From: the human T2T-CHM13v2.0 reference genome, Homo sapiens
NCBI RefSeq assembly: GCF_009914755.1
Contig: NC_060934.1
DNA length: 64,000 nt
Reading direction: 5' to 3' (one strand)
This document shows positions 63,736 to 64,000 of the stretch, one piece after another; within the stretch, counting starts at the first letter, position 1, and the number at the start of each line of letters is the position of its first letter. The translations under genes were made by a program, and so were the position numbers. The notes below the pieces were generated by a model. That model was not told the DNA's origin. It saw only the letters and a program-made list of their open reading frames with translations, and ran no database searches.

Positions 63736-64000
63736 ATATGAAGCAGTCAGAGTAGATGAGACAAGGAAAATGTAGCTTCCTTTGGAGTCAGCTGTAAAGC
63801 GAGATATCTAATGCTGACAGGCCATGATGAGTGCAAACACTGTAATGGATGATTCCCTCTTCCTGCCTTTTAATCAGTCACAGCAAATCCGTCTACCAGA
63901 AGCCAATCTAATTGCCCAAGTTCTGTCTATGGCCCACTGAAAAAAACAGTCTTCTTCCTTCCTTATATCCCATGCCTCTCACCATTCTTGTCATGTATCC

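Overview
This is primate (most likely human) genomic DNA, recognised as the DNAJB12-MICU1 interval (10q22 from recall, not verified here). Both genes are on the minus strand. The window holds DNAJB12 exon 1 with its CpG-island promoter (CDS 3927-3795, plus an in-frame upstream ATG at 4029) and part of intron 1, then about 12 kb of intergenic DNA with a strong CTCF-like motif. It also holds the last three coding exons of MICU1 (57045-56937, 24866-24777, 17347-17187), its 3'UTR and poly(A) signal. The rest is repeat-dense: roughly 70 Alu copies or fragments, an internally deleted L1PA with intact 5' end, old L1M, L2 and MIR fragments, MaLR/ERV1 LTRs, Tigger/MER2 DNA transposons and a U6 pseudogene. 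Almost all ORFs in the supplied track are Alu/L1 or random ORFs. I see no convincing wholly new biological system. The best candidates for undescribed biology are: (i) a 126-bp, 97%-identical direct repeat with an E-box/CLEAR-like motif bracketing DNAJB12 exon 1; (ii) an open L1 ORF0 with a splice donor pointing in the MICU1 sense direction, upstream of the last two exons; (iii) a polyadenylated ERV1 (MER39-like) retrocopy; (iv) an in-frame skippable EF-hand exon flanked by inverted Alus. Repeat subfamily names and boundaries were called by eye and are approximate.
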